Below, piece after piece: positions 24,190 through 36,687 of a stretch of 64,000 bases of DNA (position 1 is its first letter; the number at the start of each line of letters is the position of its first letter). The position numbers and the translations under genes are program-made. The DNA comes from Mobula hypostoma (taxonomy: Eukaryota). The notes beneath the pieces were generated by a model. The model had not been told where the DNA came from. It worked only from the letters and a program-made list of their open reading frames with translations, and did no database searches. The stretch is from the NCBI RefSeq assembly GCF_963921235.1, contig NC_086129.1:32860001-32924000 (forward strand). Reading direction: 5' to 3'.

Positions 24190-25550
24190 GATTAGTTGAT
24201 GGTAAGTTATAATCAAAATTCCCAGGATTCTGCAGAGGTCCCAAAAGATTGGAAAAATGCAAATGTAGTAGCTTGACTCATGGAAGAAGGGAGATAGAGA
24301 AGTGAGTACTATAGCTCAGTTAATTCTTTGGCGAAATCCAACCATTGAGCACACCTTCATGTTGTCGTAGGAAAGCAGCATCCATCATCGGAGATCCCCA
24401 CCACCCAGGACATGCTCTCTTCTCACTGCTGCCATCAGGTAGAAGGTACAGGAGACTCAGGACTCGCACCACAGGTTCAAAAACAGTTACTACCCCTCAA
24501 CCATTGTGCTCTTGAATAGAAGAGATAACTACACTCGCCCCATCATTGAAATGTTCCTACAACAAATATTCTCACTTTAAGGACTCTTTATCTTATTATC
24601 TCACGTTCTGGTTATTTATTGTTATTTATTTATACTTGTATTTTCACAGTTTGTTGTCTTCTGCACTCTGGTTGATCTTTCATTGATCTTGTTATAGTTA
24701 CTATTCTATAGATTTGCTGAGTATGCCTATCGGAAAATGAATCCGAGGGTTGTATATAGTGGCATATATGTACTTCAATAATAAATTCTACTTTGAACTT
24801 TGAAAATGCTAAAATCACAATTCTGGAGTAAATAGCACGACATTTAGAAAATCATAAGACAAGCACGAAAAGGAAATTATAATTAAAAATTGTATGAATT
24901 CTTTAAATATGTAACAAACCAGATGGATAATCTGTAGAGCGTAGTGTGTTTACAATTCTAGAAAAGCATTCATTGAGGTGCCAAATGGAAAGATAAGAGC
25001 ATATGGGTTGGAGTAGCCTATTGGCATAGACAGAGGAGTGACTAAAAGAAAGAAAAAAGCAAGAGCCAAGATAAATGGGTTATTTTTGGATTGGCAGTCA
25101 ATAATTAGTGAGACCTCTCAGGGATCAGTGTTAAGGCTTCAGCTGCTAACACTCTATATTGATAGCTTGCAGGAAGGAATTGAGTGTACCCGACCAAATC
25201 TGATAATGATACAAAACAGTTGGATTAGCCAGTAGGTGGAGGACATAAAGAGCTCACAAGATGATAAATTAACTGCATGGGCAAGAAGTTGGAAGACAGG
25301 GTGCTGAGATTACAAACATTGAAGCACAATGGGATCAGAAACAGAGAAAGTTAACACCAAGGTCCAGCAAGTAATCGGGGAGATGGATGGAATGTTAAAC
25401 TTTATTGTAGGACATAAGGAACATTCAATACAATAGTTTGAAGCAGATTTAGTCCTGCAGTACTACATACAGTTTTGATCTCCATATTTAAGGAAGGATG
25501 AATTTGCATTGTGGGCAGTGTAGAGAAGGTAGGTTGGGTTGATTTCCTTA
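24190..25550 (+). mobile_element. Highly degraded CR1 ORF2 relic with a nested Rex1 3' end (24365-24803)
   Basis: SETSQGSVLRLQLLTLYIDSL (degenerate GVPQGSVLGPQLF). The nested piece has ctgccatcaggtagaaggtacagg and an ACTTTGA tail. Confidence 0.6.
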
Positions 25551-27329
25551 TGTAGTTATTTTGATACAGATATGAGTCTGTGAAGGAACATCTAAGCAGT
25601 TTCCATAGGTGTTCATTATCCATTCAACTTGTGTGGTAGTAAGTTCAAGGTAAACGCAGTCCATGGACCAAAAAAGCAGGATTCCTTCACTTTAACACAA
25701 ACTGATGTACAGCCAATATCTCGATTATTGGTGAAGACCCTCTTTAGACCTTCTTGTTAATCATGATATGGGTCAATCAACTGAAACATAACAAAAAATG
25801 TTAGAATAATTCAGAAATATTTGTATTGCACAGAAGCTGCAATTACATGTTTTAGGCTTTAGTTAAGTTACAATGAGGGGCAATTTTGTCATCTTATCTT
25901 AGAATTCCAAACAAGGCTCTCTGGGACATATTAGACATGACAGCTTAGGTGGTTTAACTGACTAGTGCATTCTGAACAGCAAATTGCCTTTGACTGAAAC
26001 AGTCCAGTAGTTTGCAGGATGTCTGGAACCTATTGTATAACTTTGCTGATAATAAATCAGATCCCCTTATTTTTTATCCCATCAAATCCACCTGAAGTTG
26101 AAGAAGAAACCTCCTTTGATTAATGTTGACTTGCTGCTGTCATTTCTGCTTCAGAGTTGTGAGTATTGATTTGTCTGACAAAAACAAAACTACTCATCTT
26201 TTCCTCAGCATTTTGCAAATGTCTTTCTGGAAATTGGAGGACATTTTTAACTCACTTGAAGTGTTCTGAAAGATGGTAACATGTTATATCATTTACTGAA
26301 ATAACACTTCTATTTATCAGAACTCTACAGTAGAATTGGAAGTTGTATATTTTTGATTTAGAATATGCATTTAAATAAATATTCATTAAATGTGTCACTG
26401 CATGCAGAGTTCTGTGTAGAATGATAGGTGTAGCATCAAGCTTACTGCATATATTGCAACACTGGTTGCTATGGAGAAAAGACTTGGTGTGTGGTAACGT
26501 ACAGTTCAGTTAGCATACATTCTAAGAAGCATTTATATTCAGGAACTATGTTGCAGAAGTGGCTCTCTTTGTGATTAAGTTCTGCATTAAGATAATAATT
26601 AGAAATAGAGTTGGTGTTGCACATAAATATTGACTCAGGAATGAACATGGACAAACTTGTAGCACCATTCCTTGTTGTACTGGAATGTCCTTTCTAAATA
26701 GCATACTCCAAAATGGTTATAGCATTTTTCAGTTAGAAATGTTGATTTACAAATACAGGTATAGTTTTTAAAACACCAAGTATAAAACATGCTTATTGAG
26801 CAAGTGATTCAGCAAGTAAGAACAAAGGTGCAGTTAGGGCTAGAATGAGAAGTAAAAGTAATATATATTTCATATATTACATGAAAGAATCATTCTTTTC
26901 TGATTTACAAGCAATGAGATGATGGGGTTGGCATGGGTTGAGTTGAAATAAATCCAAAGAAAAGACAGAGAAAAAAATGAGTTAAATGTTGTTAATTCCT
27001 CTCTTGTCAAGGGAACAAATCTGAACCAGAATGAAGGAAAAATGAACAGAGTACAAAATTCTTAGTCCAGTTCTAGCAGACAAGGGTTTATAGCACAAAC
27101 TCTATTCAGATTAAACCCGCTAATTAATATTGGATATGGAAGGTGGTTAATGCGTGAAGGCTTTCTTTTCAAACCAATATTTCTTTTATTTTGCAAATTA
27201 GCGCTGCAAAAGCATTATTTCCTGAGAAGCATTTCTAGAAAATAAGACTGTTTAGTCTAAAGCAAGTAGTTAGATATTAACACTCTAAAATGAACAAGTA
27301 TTTTCTAATATGTTAAATTCTTCAAAGAA

Positions 27330-27740
27330 TCGAAAGAACTTGCATTTGTGCAGCAAATTTCTTGCCTCTTGTTGTTAAAAAATATTCTTTGAAGTGTTGT
27401 CACTATTGGCAATGCATCAGCCAATTTGTAAACAGCAAAGCTGTGCATACATATGCATGGGATTAGCAATTAATTTATCTCAGTGTTTTTTTTCTGAGGT
27501 TGAACGATACTGGGGAAAAATCTCCTGCTGTACACTGTTTTACAGCATTGATGTTTTAAATCCGCTTGAGTTAACAGACAGAGACTCAATTTAAAATTTC
27601 ATCAGAAAGCTGGTAACTCCGACTCCCTTAGTGTTACACTGAAAGCTCAATCAGATTGTGAATCCATACTCTGAGAAGCTTTTGAAATTTCAACCTTCTG
27701 AATATTGAAGTGGGACTGATGCTACTGAATCAAAGCTGCT
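27330..27740 (-). mobile_element. Near full-length DeuSINE (SacSINE1-like), old
   Basis: aagaacttgcattt tail, Deu-like core (gaagtgttgtcact..cagccaatttg..acagcaa) and head-like end (caaccttctga..gctactga..caaagctg). Confidence 0.55.
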
Positions 27741-27914
27741 ATGAAAAATAGTGAAGAAATGATCATGTTTTAGTTTTGATCTTATTGTGAAATCTCTTCC
27801 ACTTCCTATCAGTTAATATTTCTCAGTAGATTTGTATACCTCTCAACAGAATTCAGTATTCACTCATTTGGAGATAGAAGAGATCTTATTTTTTATTTTC
27901 TAATTGGTTTTATT

Positions 27915-28185
27915 TTATTTTATTTACAGTACAGAACAGGCCCTTCCGGCCCAACGAGCCGTACTGCCCAGCAACACATCTATTTAACCTTAGCCTAATC
28001 ACAAGACAATTTATAATGACTAATTAACCTATTAACCTACTAATTGGTACATCTTTGGAATGTGGGAGGAAACCGGAGCATCCGGAGGAAGGACGTACAA
28101 ACTTCTTACAGATGTTGTCGGAATTGAACTCCGATGCCCCGAGCTGTAACAGCTCCAACTAACTGCTATGCTACTGTGACACTCC
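27915..28185 (-). mobile_element. HE1/V-SINE-like SINE
   Basis: Reverse complement of the 9761 / 36387 family (catctttggaatgtgggaggaaaccggagca, ggaattgaac). Confidence 0.8.
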
Positions 28186-28646
28186 ACAGATATTGTGTGA
28201 GAGTAGCAGGGAAGTGGTTAAACCTACATCTGGTTGAGACTGTCTGTACCCTTGAAATGCCCTAGGTTATGCCCTCTGGCAATTACTTCATGAACCATAT
28301 GGATAGAAGGTTAATTTGCCCATTCACGGTTATTCGATTCCCAACTTGCGTATTTTAATAACTTCACTTTGTATGTGGCTGCTGCAGTGATTTCCTGAGA
28401 AGGATGGAACTGTGGCACCTCAGATAGTGTTCTCCTACAGCTCCAGTGATTCAAATATCATCCTGCCATCCGTTGCTGTCCATGTGGATTTCTCTCCACG
28501 CCCGTATGGGTTTCCTCAAGGTGACCTCATCTCAAAGGTTTGTTGGTTGCTAGGTTAATTGGCCACTGTAAGTGAGCTCTGATACAGGTGGGTGGCATAA
28601 AAATCAGGGGGAACTTGATGCTCATGTGTCAGAGAAATGATTGGGT

Positions 28647-28934
28647 TGTAGCGGTGTGCTACACACAGCGCTAGAATAACGACACGTAGTCGGTGAGTTG
28701 GAGTTGCGATAAAAGAGATTTATTCAAACTTCGCGGCCTCCTTTAAAGCCTTCCCATTCCCGCCCTCAGCGGGCGGGACTGCCGTGGGGAATGCATATTC
28801 GCAGACCCTTCCTGCGCGCGGGATTTTCCCCCTGCTGGTGAAGATGGCCTGGCACCCTTTTTGGGGCCAGCCTCTCTGCCGGTGCGCGTCGTTTTGTGAG
28901 CCGGTTTGAGTGCGCTGGAAAGTGGGTCACCACA
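28647..28934 (-). repeat. 3' LTR of the Gypsy element
   Basis: Direct repeat of 32708-32995; 20 mismatches in 288 bp and no indels by hand alignment. Confidence 0.97.
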
Positions 28935-28948
28935 TAACCCCCCTCCCA
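28935..28948 (-). promoter_or_regulatory. Polypurine tract
   Basis: G-rich purine run (GGGAGGGGGG then TTA) on the minus strand immediately before the 3' LTR. Confidence 0.85.
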
Positions 28949-31900
28949 GAACCGGCGATACATCCCCCAATGTCCACAGTCTGGATCGGCCTCTGTTTGG
29001 GAGGTCTGCCCCTGCGCCGCGGTGCCTGAGCCCGGACCGGCTGCACCAAGTCCACATGGGCCAGTTTGAGTCGGTGCACTGTGAAAACCTCAACTCTCCC
29101 CCCAATGTCCAGCACGAACGTGGACCCGTTGTTCCTGATCACCTTAAACGGCCCCTCGTAGGGCCGCTGTAGCGGTGCCCAGTGTCCGCCCCATCGTACA
29201 AAAAGAAACTTTCAGTTCTGCAGGTACTTGGGTACTCAGGTCGGGCTCTGTCCATGCTGTGAAGTGGGTATGGGGGCCAGGTTACCGAGCCTCTCACGTA
29301 GTCTGTCCAGGACTGCTGTGGGTTCTTCCTCTTGCCCCCTTGGGGCTGGTATGAACTCTTCTGGGAAGACCAGGGGTGCGCCGTACACCAACTCGGCCGA
29401 CGAGGTGTGCAGATCCTCCTTGGGCGCCGTTCGGATTCTGAGCTGGACCCAGGGAAGTTCGTCCACCCAGTTAGGCCCCTCCAGGCGGACCATGAGAGCC
29501 GACTTCAGGTGACGGTGGAAGCGCTCCACTAGTCCGGTCGACTGTGGGTGGTAGGCAGTTGTGTGGTGTAGCTGCGATCCTAAAAGGTTGGCCATAGCTG
29601 ACCACAGGCTGGAGGTGAACTGGGCGCCCCTGTCGGAGGTAATGTGGGCCGGTACCCCAAAGCGTGCTACCCAGGTTGCGATCAGCGCTCAGGCACAGGA
29701 TTCGGAGGTGGTGTCGGTGAGCGGGACCGCCTCTGGCCATCTGGTGAACCGGTCTATCAGAGGTAGGAGGTACCGCGCTCCTCGCGACACTGGCAGGGGC
29801 CCCACGATATCCATATGGATGTGGTCGAACCTTCGGCGGGTGGGTTTGAACCGCTGCGGCGGAGCCTTGGTGTGCCGCTGCACCTTGGCCGTTTGGCACT
29901 GCATGCACGTTTTGGCCCATTCACTGACCTGTTTACGCAGTCCATGCCACACGAACCTGTTGGCGACCAGCCGGACGGTTGTCCTGATGGAGGGGTGCGC
30001 TAAGTTGTGAATGGATTCGAAAACCTGCCGGCGCCAGGCTGCTGGGACAACGGGGCGGGGTTGGCCGGTAGCTACGTCACATAGTAGGGTCCTCTCACCT
30101 GGGCCTACGGGGAGGTCTTGAAGCTGCAAACCGGAGACTGCTGTTCTGTAACTGGGGATCTCAGCGTCTGCCTGCTGTGCCTCTGCCAGCGCTGCATAGT
30201 CCACTCCCTGGGACAGGGCCTGTATGGTAGGTCTGGAAAGTGCGTCTGCCACGACGTTGTCCTTTCCAGAGACATGCCGGATGTCCGTCGTGTACTCGGA
30301 GATGTAGGACAGATGTCACTGCTGGCAGGACGACCAGGGTCGGACACCTTCATGAACGCAAAGGTAAGAGGTTTGTGGTCTGTAAACGCGGTGAAGGGCC
30401 TACCTTCTAAGAAGTATCTGAAATGCCGGATTGCCAGGTATAGTGCCAATAGGTCCTGGTTGAAAGCACTGTATTTGAGTTCAGGTGGTCGTAGGTGTTT
30501 GCTGAAGTACACCAGGGGTTGCCAGCGACCCTCGATGAGTTGTTCCAGCACTCCACCAACTGCTGTGTTGGATGCGTCCACCGTGAGGGCAGTAGGAACG
30601 TCCGTTCTGGGGTGCACTAGCATCGCGGTGTTTGCCAAGGCTTCTTTGGTTTTAACGAAAGCGGCTGCAGCCTTTTCGTCCCAGGTAATGTCCTTGCCCT
30701 TACCTGATATTAGAGTGAACAGGGGGCGCATGGTTCGGGCTGCTGAAGAGAGGAAACGGTGGTAGAAATTCACCATACCCACGAATTCCTGCAGGCCTTT
30801 GATTGTGTTGGGTCGGGGGAAGTGGCGGACCGCGTCTACCTTGGCGGGCAGCGGGGTTGCCCCGTCTTTAGTAATCCTGTGGCCCAGGAAGTCGATGGTG
30901 TCGAGTCCGAACTGGCATTTGGCTGGATTGATTGTAAGGCCGAATTCACTCAGGCGGGAGTAGAGCTGGCGGAGGTGGGACAGATGCTCCTGACAACTAC
31001 TGCTGGCTATGAGGATGTCGTCCAAATAGATGCATGCAAAGTCCAGGTCGCGTCCCACCGCGTCCATTAGCCGCTGGAAAGTCTGTGCGGCATTCTTTAG
31101 ACCAAACGGCATTCGGAGGAATTCGAAAAGTCCGAACAGGGTGATAAGTGCTGTTTTGGGGATGTCGTCCGGATGTACCGGGATTTGATGATATCCCTGG
31201 ATAAGGTCTATCTTGGAAAAGATCCTTGCACCATGTAGGTTTGCTGTAAAGTCTTGAATGTGCAGCACAGGGTAGTGGTCTGGCGTTGTAGCCTCGTTCA
31301 GTCTGCGGTAGTCGCCGCATGGTCTCCAGCCTCCCCTTGCCTTGGGCACCATGTGAAACGGGGAGGCCCATGGGCTGTCGGACCATCATATGATCCCCAA
31401 TTCCTCCATCTTCTTGAACTCCTCCTTCGCCAGTCGGAGATTGTCCGGGGGAAGCCTTCGAGCACGGGCGTGGAGGGGTGGTCCCTGGGTCGGGATGTGG
31501 TGCTGTACTCCGTGTCTGGGCATGGCTGCCGTGAACTGCGGTATCAGTACTGATGGGAAATCCACCAGGACCCTGGTGAATTCATCGTCGGACAGCGTGA
31601 TGGAGTCCAGGTGTGGGGCTGGCAACTTGGCTTCACCCAGGGAGAATGTTTGAAAAGTTTTGGCGTGGACTAGTCACTTCCCTTGCAAGTCGACCAGCAG
31701 GCTGTGAGCTCGCAGAAAATCCGCCCCCAGGAGTGGTTGTGCCACGGCGGCCAGTGTGAAGTCCCACGTGAACCGGCTGGAGCAGAACTGTAGCCGCACC
31801 GTGCGGGTGCCATAGGTTCGTATTGTGCTGCCATTTGCGGCCCTCAGGGTGGGTCCCGGTTCTCTGTTGCGGGTGTCGTAACTCATTGGAGGTAAAATGC

Positions 31901-31994
31901 TGATCTCCGCTCTGGTGTCGACCAAAAAGCAGCATCCCGACTGCTTGTCCCAGACGTACAGGAGGCTGTCCTGATGGCCAGCCGCCGTAGCCAT
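28935..31994 (-). pseudogene. pol: Gypsy pol (protease, RT, RNase H, integrase) with frameshifts
   Basis: FLVDTRAEIS (mutated DTG protease motif); MPFGL..YLDD; TVDAS..FTDHKPL; H-x4-H..CxxC zinc finger; HMDIVGPL..YHPQSTGLVERFHR integrase core. Confidence 0.93.
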
Positions 31995-32667
31995 CAGCGG
32001 CGGCTGGCCCTGGCGTTTCTTGGGAATTTGCAGGGCGGTCTACAGTGGCGGGCCTCTGTGCCCCACCGCTGGTGGTAGAAGCACCATTGTTCGTTGGGCT
32101 CTGCTGCCGGGCCTGGTCTGATCTGTCTTTGGGCACGCGGCTTGGTGATCTGTGCGACAGACGCCGCTCTCTCCTTCTTGGCATTCCACAGCACATCTGC
32201 CCGGGCCGCCACCTTCCGGGGTCGCTGAAATCTGCGTCAGACAGCAGCAGGCATATGTCCTCGGGCAGTTGCTCTAGGAACGCCTGTTCAAGCATGAGGC
32301 AGGGTTTGTGTCCTTCAGCCAGGACCAGCATCTCGTTCATTAATGCCGACGGCACCCTGTCTCCCAAACCATCCAGGTGCAGTAAGCGGGCAGCTCGCTC
32401 GCGCTGTGAGAGTCCAAAAGTCCTTATGAGCAGGACTTTGAATGCTGTGTATTTGCCGTCCTCCAGGGGCGACTGTATAAACTCCTCAACTTGTGCAGCT
32501 GTGTCCTGGTCGAGGGAGCTCACTACGTAGTAGTAGCAAGTGGAATCCGAGGTTATCTGCCGAATGTGGAATTGTGCTTCTGCTTGTTCGAAACATAGGC
32601 GAGGTCGTAGCGTCCAGAAGCTTGGCAGTTTTAACGAAACTGCATGAACAGATGCAGCGTCGGTCAT
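31994..32667 (-). pseudogene. gag: Gypsy gag, frameshifted
   Basis: N-terminus MTDAASVHAVSLKLPSFW..FEQAEAQF; CFYHQRWG..ARHC..PC Cys/His motif in the shifted frame. Confidence 0.85.
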
Positions 32668-32691
32668 CTCTGGTCCAAATATCCTTTGGGC

Positions 32692-32705
32692 CGTCGGGGT
32701 CACCA
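32692..32705 (-). promoter_or_regulatory. Primer-binding site complementary to tRNA-Trp
   Basis: TGGTGACCCCGACG, 2 nt after the 5' LTR, complementary to the tRNA-Trp 3' end CGUCGGGGUCACCA. Confidence 0.85.
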
Positions 32706-32707
32706 AA

Positions 32708-32995
32708 TGTAGCGGTGTGCTACACACAGCGCTAGAATAACCACACGGAGTCGGTGAGTTGGAGTTGCGAAAAAAGAGGTTTATTCAAACTTTGCAGCCT
32801 GCTTTAAAGCCTTCCCATTCCTGCCCTCCCTGGGCGGGACGGCTGTGGGGAATGCATATTCGCAGACCCTTCCTGCGCGCGGGTTTTTCCCCCTGCTGGT
32901 GAAGATGGCCTGGCGCCCTTTTTGGGAGCGGCCTCTCTGCCGGTGCGCGTCGTTTTGTGAGCCGGTTCGAGTGCACTGGAAAGTGGGTCACCACA
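32708..32995 (-). repeat. 5' LTR of the Gypsy element
   Basis: Direct repeat of 28647-28934, adjacent to the PBS. Confidence 0.97.
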
Positions 32996-34509
32996 GGGTG
33001 ATTGGGACTGATAGAGATGGTGTCACGAACATGAAGGGCTGAATGGTCTATTTCTACATGAACGGTGAAAAATATCCAATATAGGGATCTGATGAAGGTC
33101 ACCTTGAAATGCATAGAGAAGCTGAAGATGCCAGGTGTTCCTTATGGGAACAGCAATGCTCCTAAAGATGCTACAGGTAAAATTTAGACTGCCCCGGTCT
33201 CCCACATTCCTTGTCAAACTTGACTCAAAAACCCTTCCTCGTATTTAACACAGTGCCAGCAAACAACAAGCAGCTGCTTACTTTTCCGGAAACCAGGTGC
33301 CAGATCTCATCTCCACCCTGCCCACTTCAGGTAGAAGTGAATGTCAGCAGTTCATTAAAGTAGTAAAATGATTAAACCTGGTGTGATCTCATGCTGATAG
33401 GCAAAGAAATTAACTGAAGGCTATTGTCTTTAAGGTCTGCTCAATGCTTTTATTATATTGGTTGTGCTAACAAGAAAAGCAATAAGCAACACGCAAGAAA
33501 TTCTCACAGTTACAGCTGCATGGCCATTTTATTTACAAGCGTACATTTCCCCAAACTAATACCAAGCATGAAAAAGATATAATTTAATTATTCTTGCTTC
33601 AGAGAAGATCGTACTGTACATCAACATTTTAACCTGATTACAGATGTTATAAATCTACCATGCAGCTGTTACCCAGAATTCTCTATCCAAGTCAGCATGA
33701 GAAGAAAGAAGGTCACAGCTACATAATCCGTTGCATTCCGAAGAGAAGAATTCCCACTCACAAAAAAAAACAATTAACCTTTACAATATAGTGAATCTCG
33801 AAAAACTGCAATTGCTGCTGAGTGGCTTGGGATTTCATAGCAGCATAGTTAATGAGGCAATGAAGGCTGAACATAAATATGGGACTGGAGCTAAAAGAAG
33901 CTAGAGACACAATTAATTCAGTTTTCTCAATTGCTGATATCTTGAAGATTAAATCATATTGTTTCTTGAGAGAAGAATGAAACTATGGTCTCAGAAACAA
34001 TATTTGCAACCATTCACTTTTTGCATTGAAGACTCTCAGACTGTTGAATAAACCTAAGATTATTATAAGTGGCATATCATCAAACTATTTAACTCTAATC
34101 ATTCCATTCCTACCCTGTTCCTACTCTTGACATTTTAAAAGATATCACCATTGCCAATTTCTTGGCATAAACATTGCCTGGAAATTTAACTAACTAGACC
34201 AACTACATTAATACTGTGTCTTCAAGATAAGCCTGCCTATCCGGCAGTGAGTCGCTCATCGTCGGATACTCCCATACCTCCAAGGTATTAATCACGAGTA
34301 TAATGGAATAACTTTCATTTTCCTGCATGAGTGCATGCGAACTAAAGAAGCTTGATGCCATTCAGGATAAAGTCTCCTACTTGATTTAAATACTTCCTGT
34401 ATGTAACCATTCATTTCCTTCATCACTGGCATCCGTGTGTGCAAACTATAAAATAACTTACAGTTGCTCACTTAAGTGAATATGAAAGTGGCTTTTTAAA
34501 AAAAAATAG

Positions 34510-34690
34510 CCCCCCCCCACCTTTTTATTCTGGTATCCTCACCCTTCCATTCCAGTCCTGAAGAAGTGTCTCAGCCTGAAATGTCAACTGTTTGTTCATC
34601 CCATAGATGCTCCCTGATCTGCTGATTTCCTCCAGTATTTTGCGTGCATTGCTCTGGATTTCCAGCACCGGCAGAATCTCTTGTGTTTAT
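34510..34690 (+). mobile_element. Penelope terminal-repeat fragment with degenerate hammerhead
   Basis: CAGTC CTGAAGA AGTGTCTCAGCCT GAAA TGTC AACTG at 34553-34590. Confidence 0.8.
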
Positions 34691-34713
34691 AATATGAAAG
34701 TACCTTAAGCTTA

Positions 34714-35199
34714 CAGTACTGTGCAAAAGTCTTAGGCACATATATATAGCCAGAATGCCTAAGACATTTGCACAATACTGTATTTGTCAACGTGAAGTGA
34801 AGAGCGATTTTATAAATCTGGCAAGAGTAAAGGATGTTGGGAGTGACAAGGGTGGAGTGCCATGGCGGGCTGTGGGACAGGTGGCAGAGACAGGTAACAG
34901 GGAGCAGGGGCAGGGGTGGCACACATAGCCAGCCAGCCCTGAGTCACCAAGCAAGGTCATTTGATTCCAAACAATTGGTTTATTCATCATTACAAAACAT
35001 TTATCTGGTGCTTCCCACTCCCTCCCCTCTCCCTTCATTTTTTCCCAACCATGATTCCCCTCTTCCTGCCCCCTTCCCACTTTCAGTTGACAATGGCAAC
35101 CCATATCAGAATCAGGTTTATCATCACTCACATATATCATGAAATTTGTGTTTTTTTTGCAGCAGTGCAATGCATGCCTAGGACTTTTGCACAGTACTG
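34714..35199. mobile_element. Tc1/mariner-type composite MITE, copy 1
   Basis: TA|CAGTACTGTGCAAAAGTC ... GACTTTTGCACAGTACTG|TA, with a complete 67-bp mini-MITE at 34714-34780. Confidence 0.85.
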
Positions 35200-35532
35200 T
35201 AACTCCTACCACTGAGAATGCTAAGGAAAGAAGGCACATAGTAACACAAACACCTGCAGGTTCCAAGTTGCGCACTGCGCACTGTCTTATCTTGGAAATA
35301 TAATGTCATTCCATTATCAACACCGAGTCTAAATGCAGGGAAGCCCTATTCAATAACACATCCTCAGAAGTGTTACAGTGATTCTAAAGGGTGGCTCATC
35401 ATCATATTCTCAAACACAATTTAAGGACAAGCAAGAAATACTGGTCTCTGCTGTTATGACCGCATCCAATCAGGAACAAGGTAATTTTTCTTTCTGTACC
35501 TTCACAATATGGAAGATCCATTGCAACTCTAC

Positions 35533-35870
35533 ATCCAAAGTAAATTTATTATCAAAGTACATATATGTCATCATATACAAAGCTGAGATTCATTTTCTTG
35601 CAGGCATTCACAGTAAAGCAAAGAAGTGCAATAGAATCAGTGAAAGACTTTTGTCACACAAAGACTGGCAAACAACCAATGTACCAAAAAGACAACCTGT
35701 GCAAATAAAACAGTAAATAATACTGAGAACATGAAAGATAGCCCATAGATAGATAGACAGATAAATAATATTAAAACATGAATCGTAAAGTCCATAAGTT
35801 GTGGAATTAGTTCAGAGATGAGGTGAGCAAAATCATCCACGCTGGTTCAGGAGCCTTAATGATTGAAGTA
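35533..35870 (-). mobile_element. Rex-type LINE 3'-UTR fragment
   Basis: caaagtaaatttattatcaaagtacatatatgtca..gctggttcaggagcc; homologous to 23680-24175 and 37390-37660. Confidence 0.65.
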
Positions 35871-36386
35871 TGAGCCATGAGCATTTTGGCTGTGATTATG
35901 GGCCAGACCTAAAAGATGATACTGGGGTTGAACTCTCCTTTGTGTGAAAATGCAAATGCATTGAACTTAATTGGAGATCTGGCTGGCAATTTGTCACTTG
36001 CTCTATGATGTTGGTTCTACGTAGGGAGGAATGGCAATCTGATAACTTTATGCGTTCTTGAGGGAATTACAGTGATGCATTCTTGAGGCACTTGCCACCT
36101 GTTCTGGAACTAAAATAATCTCAACGGAGTAGAACTGCAGTAAGGTAGGAAGATAAGATGCCTGTGAATTAATTTCTTTGAATGAATTGGGTAATCTTAA
36201 ATCCATGTAATATTACCCTTTCAAGCATCTTTAAATATTTTATTTTTAGCTTTTTAAGAACTAATATTTTAGGAATTTTAGTTACGATTCATTCTGGATA
36301 TTTTTGAACGCTTTTGAATTTTAATAATGGCTGAGATAATCAAAAATAGTCATATTTGGCCTCTGTTAGTTAAGCCTCAAAGTTAG

Positions 36387-36687
36387 ATGGCACAATAAAG
36401 TAGTGGTTAAGACAACACTTCACAGGGCAGACGGCCAGGGTTCACTTCCCACCGCTATCTGTAAGGAGTTTGTACGTTCTCCCAGTGACCTTGTGGCATT
36501 TCCTCCAGGTGCTCTGGCTTCCTCGCACAATCCGAAGATGTACCGGTTGGTAGGTTAATTGGTCATTGTATATTGTCCCGTGATTAGCGTAGGGTTAAAT
36601 CGGGGGATTGCTGGGCTGCGTGGCTCGAAGGGGAGGAAGGGCCTATTCACACTGTATCTCAATCAATCAATCAATCAATAAATAAAT
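36387..36687 (+). mobile_element. HE1/V-SINE-like SINE
   Basis: B-box-like GGGTTCACTTCCC, V-like core, (AATC)n(AAAT)n tail. Confidence 0.8.

Larger units (their letters stand above)
28647..32995 (-). mobile_element. Full-length Ty3/Gypsy LTR retrotransposon (Mag-like gag), frameshifted
   Basis: Two 288-bp TG..CA LTRs; 4-bp TSD GGGT (28643-28646, 32996-32999); gag-PR-RT-RH-IN order; PBS and PPT present. Confidence 0.97.
28410..33062 (+). mobile_element. Old V-SINE-like element (28410-28646 + 32996-33062), host of the Gypsy insertion
   Basis: Core gggtttcctc..ggttaattggccactgtaa lies left of the LTR element; the tail gaagggctgaatggtctatttct lies to its right. Confidence 0.55.
34140..35490 (+). 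mobile_element. Ancient CR1/L2-like 3' relic, split by a Penelope tail (34510-34690) and the composite MITE
   Basis: 34200-34490 and 35205-35470 are colinear with 60560-61150 (tgagtgca, cactggc, ttggaaatat, aagggtggctc). Confidence 0.5.

Noticed and set aside
30118-30765. 215-aa plus-strand ORF and other antisense ORFs over Gypsy and CR1 elements
   Set aside because: Shadow frames of TE coding sequence with no recognisable motifs.
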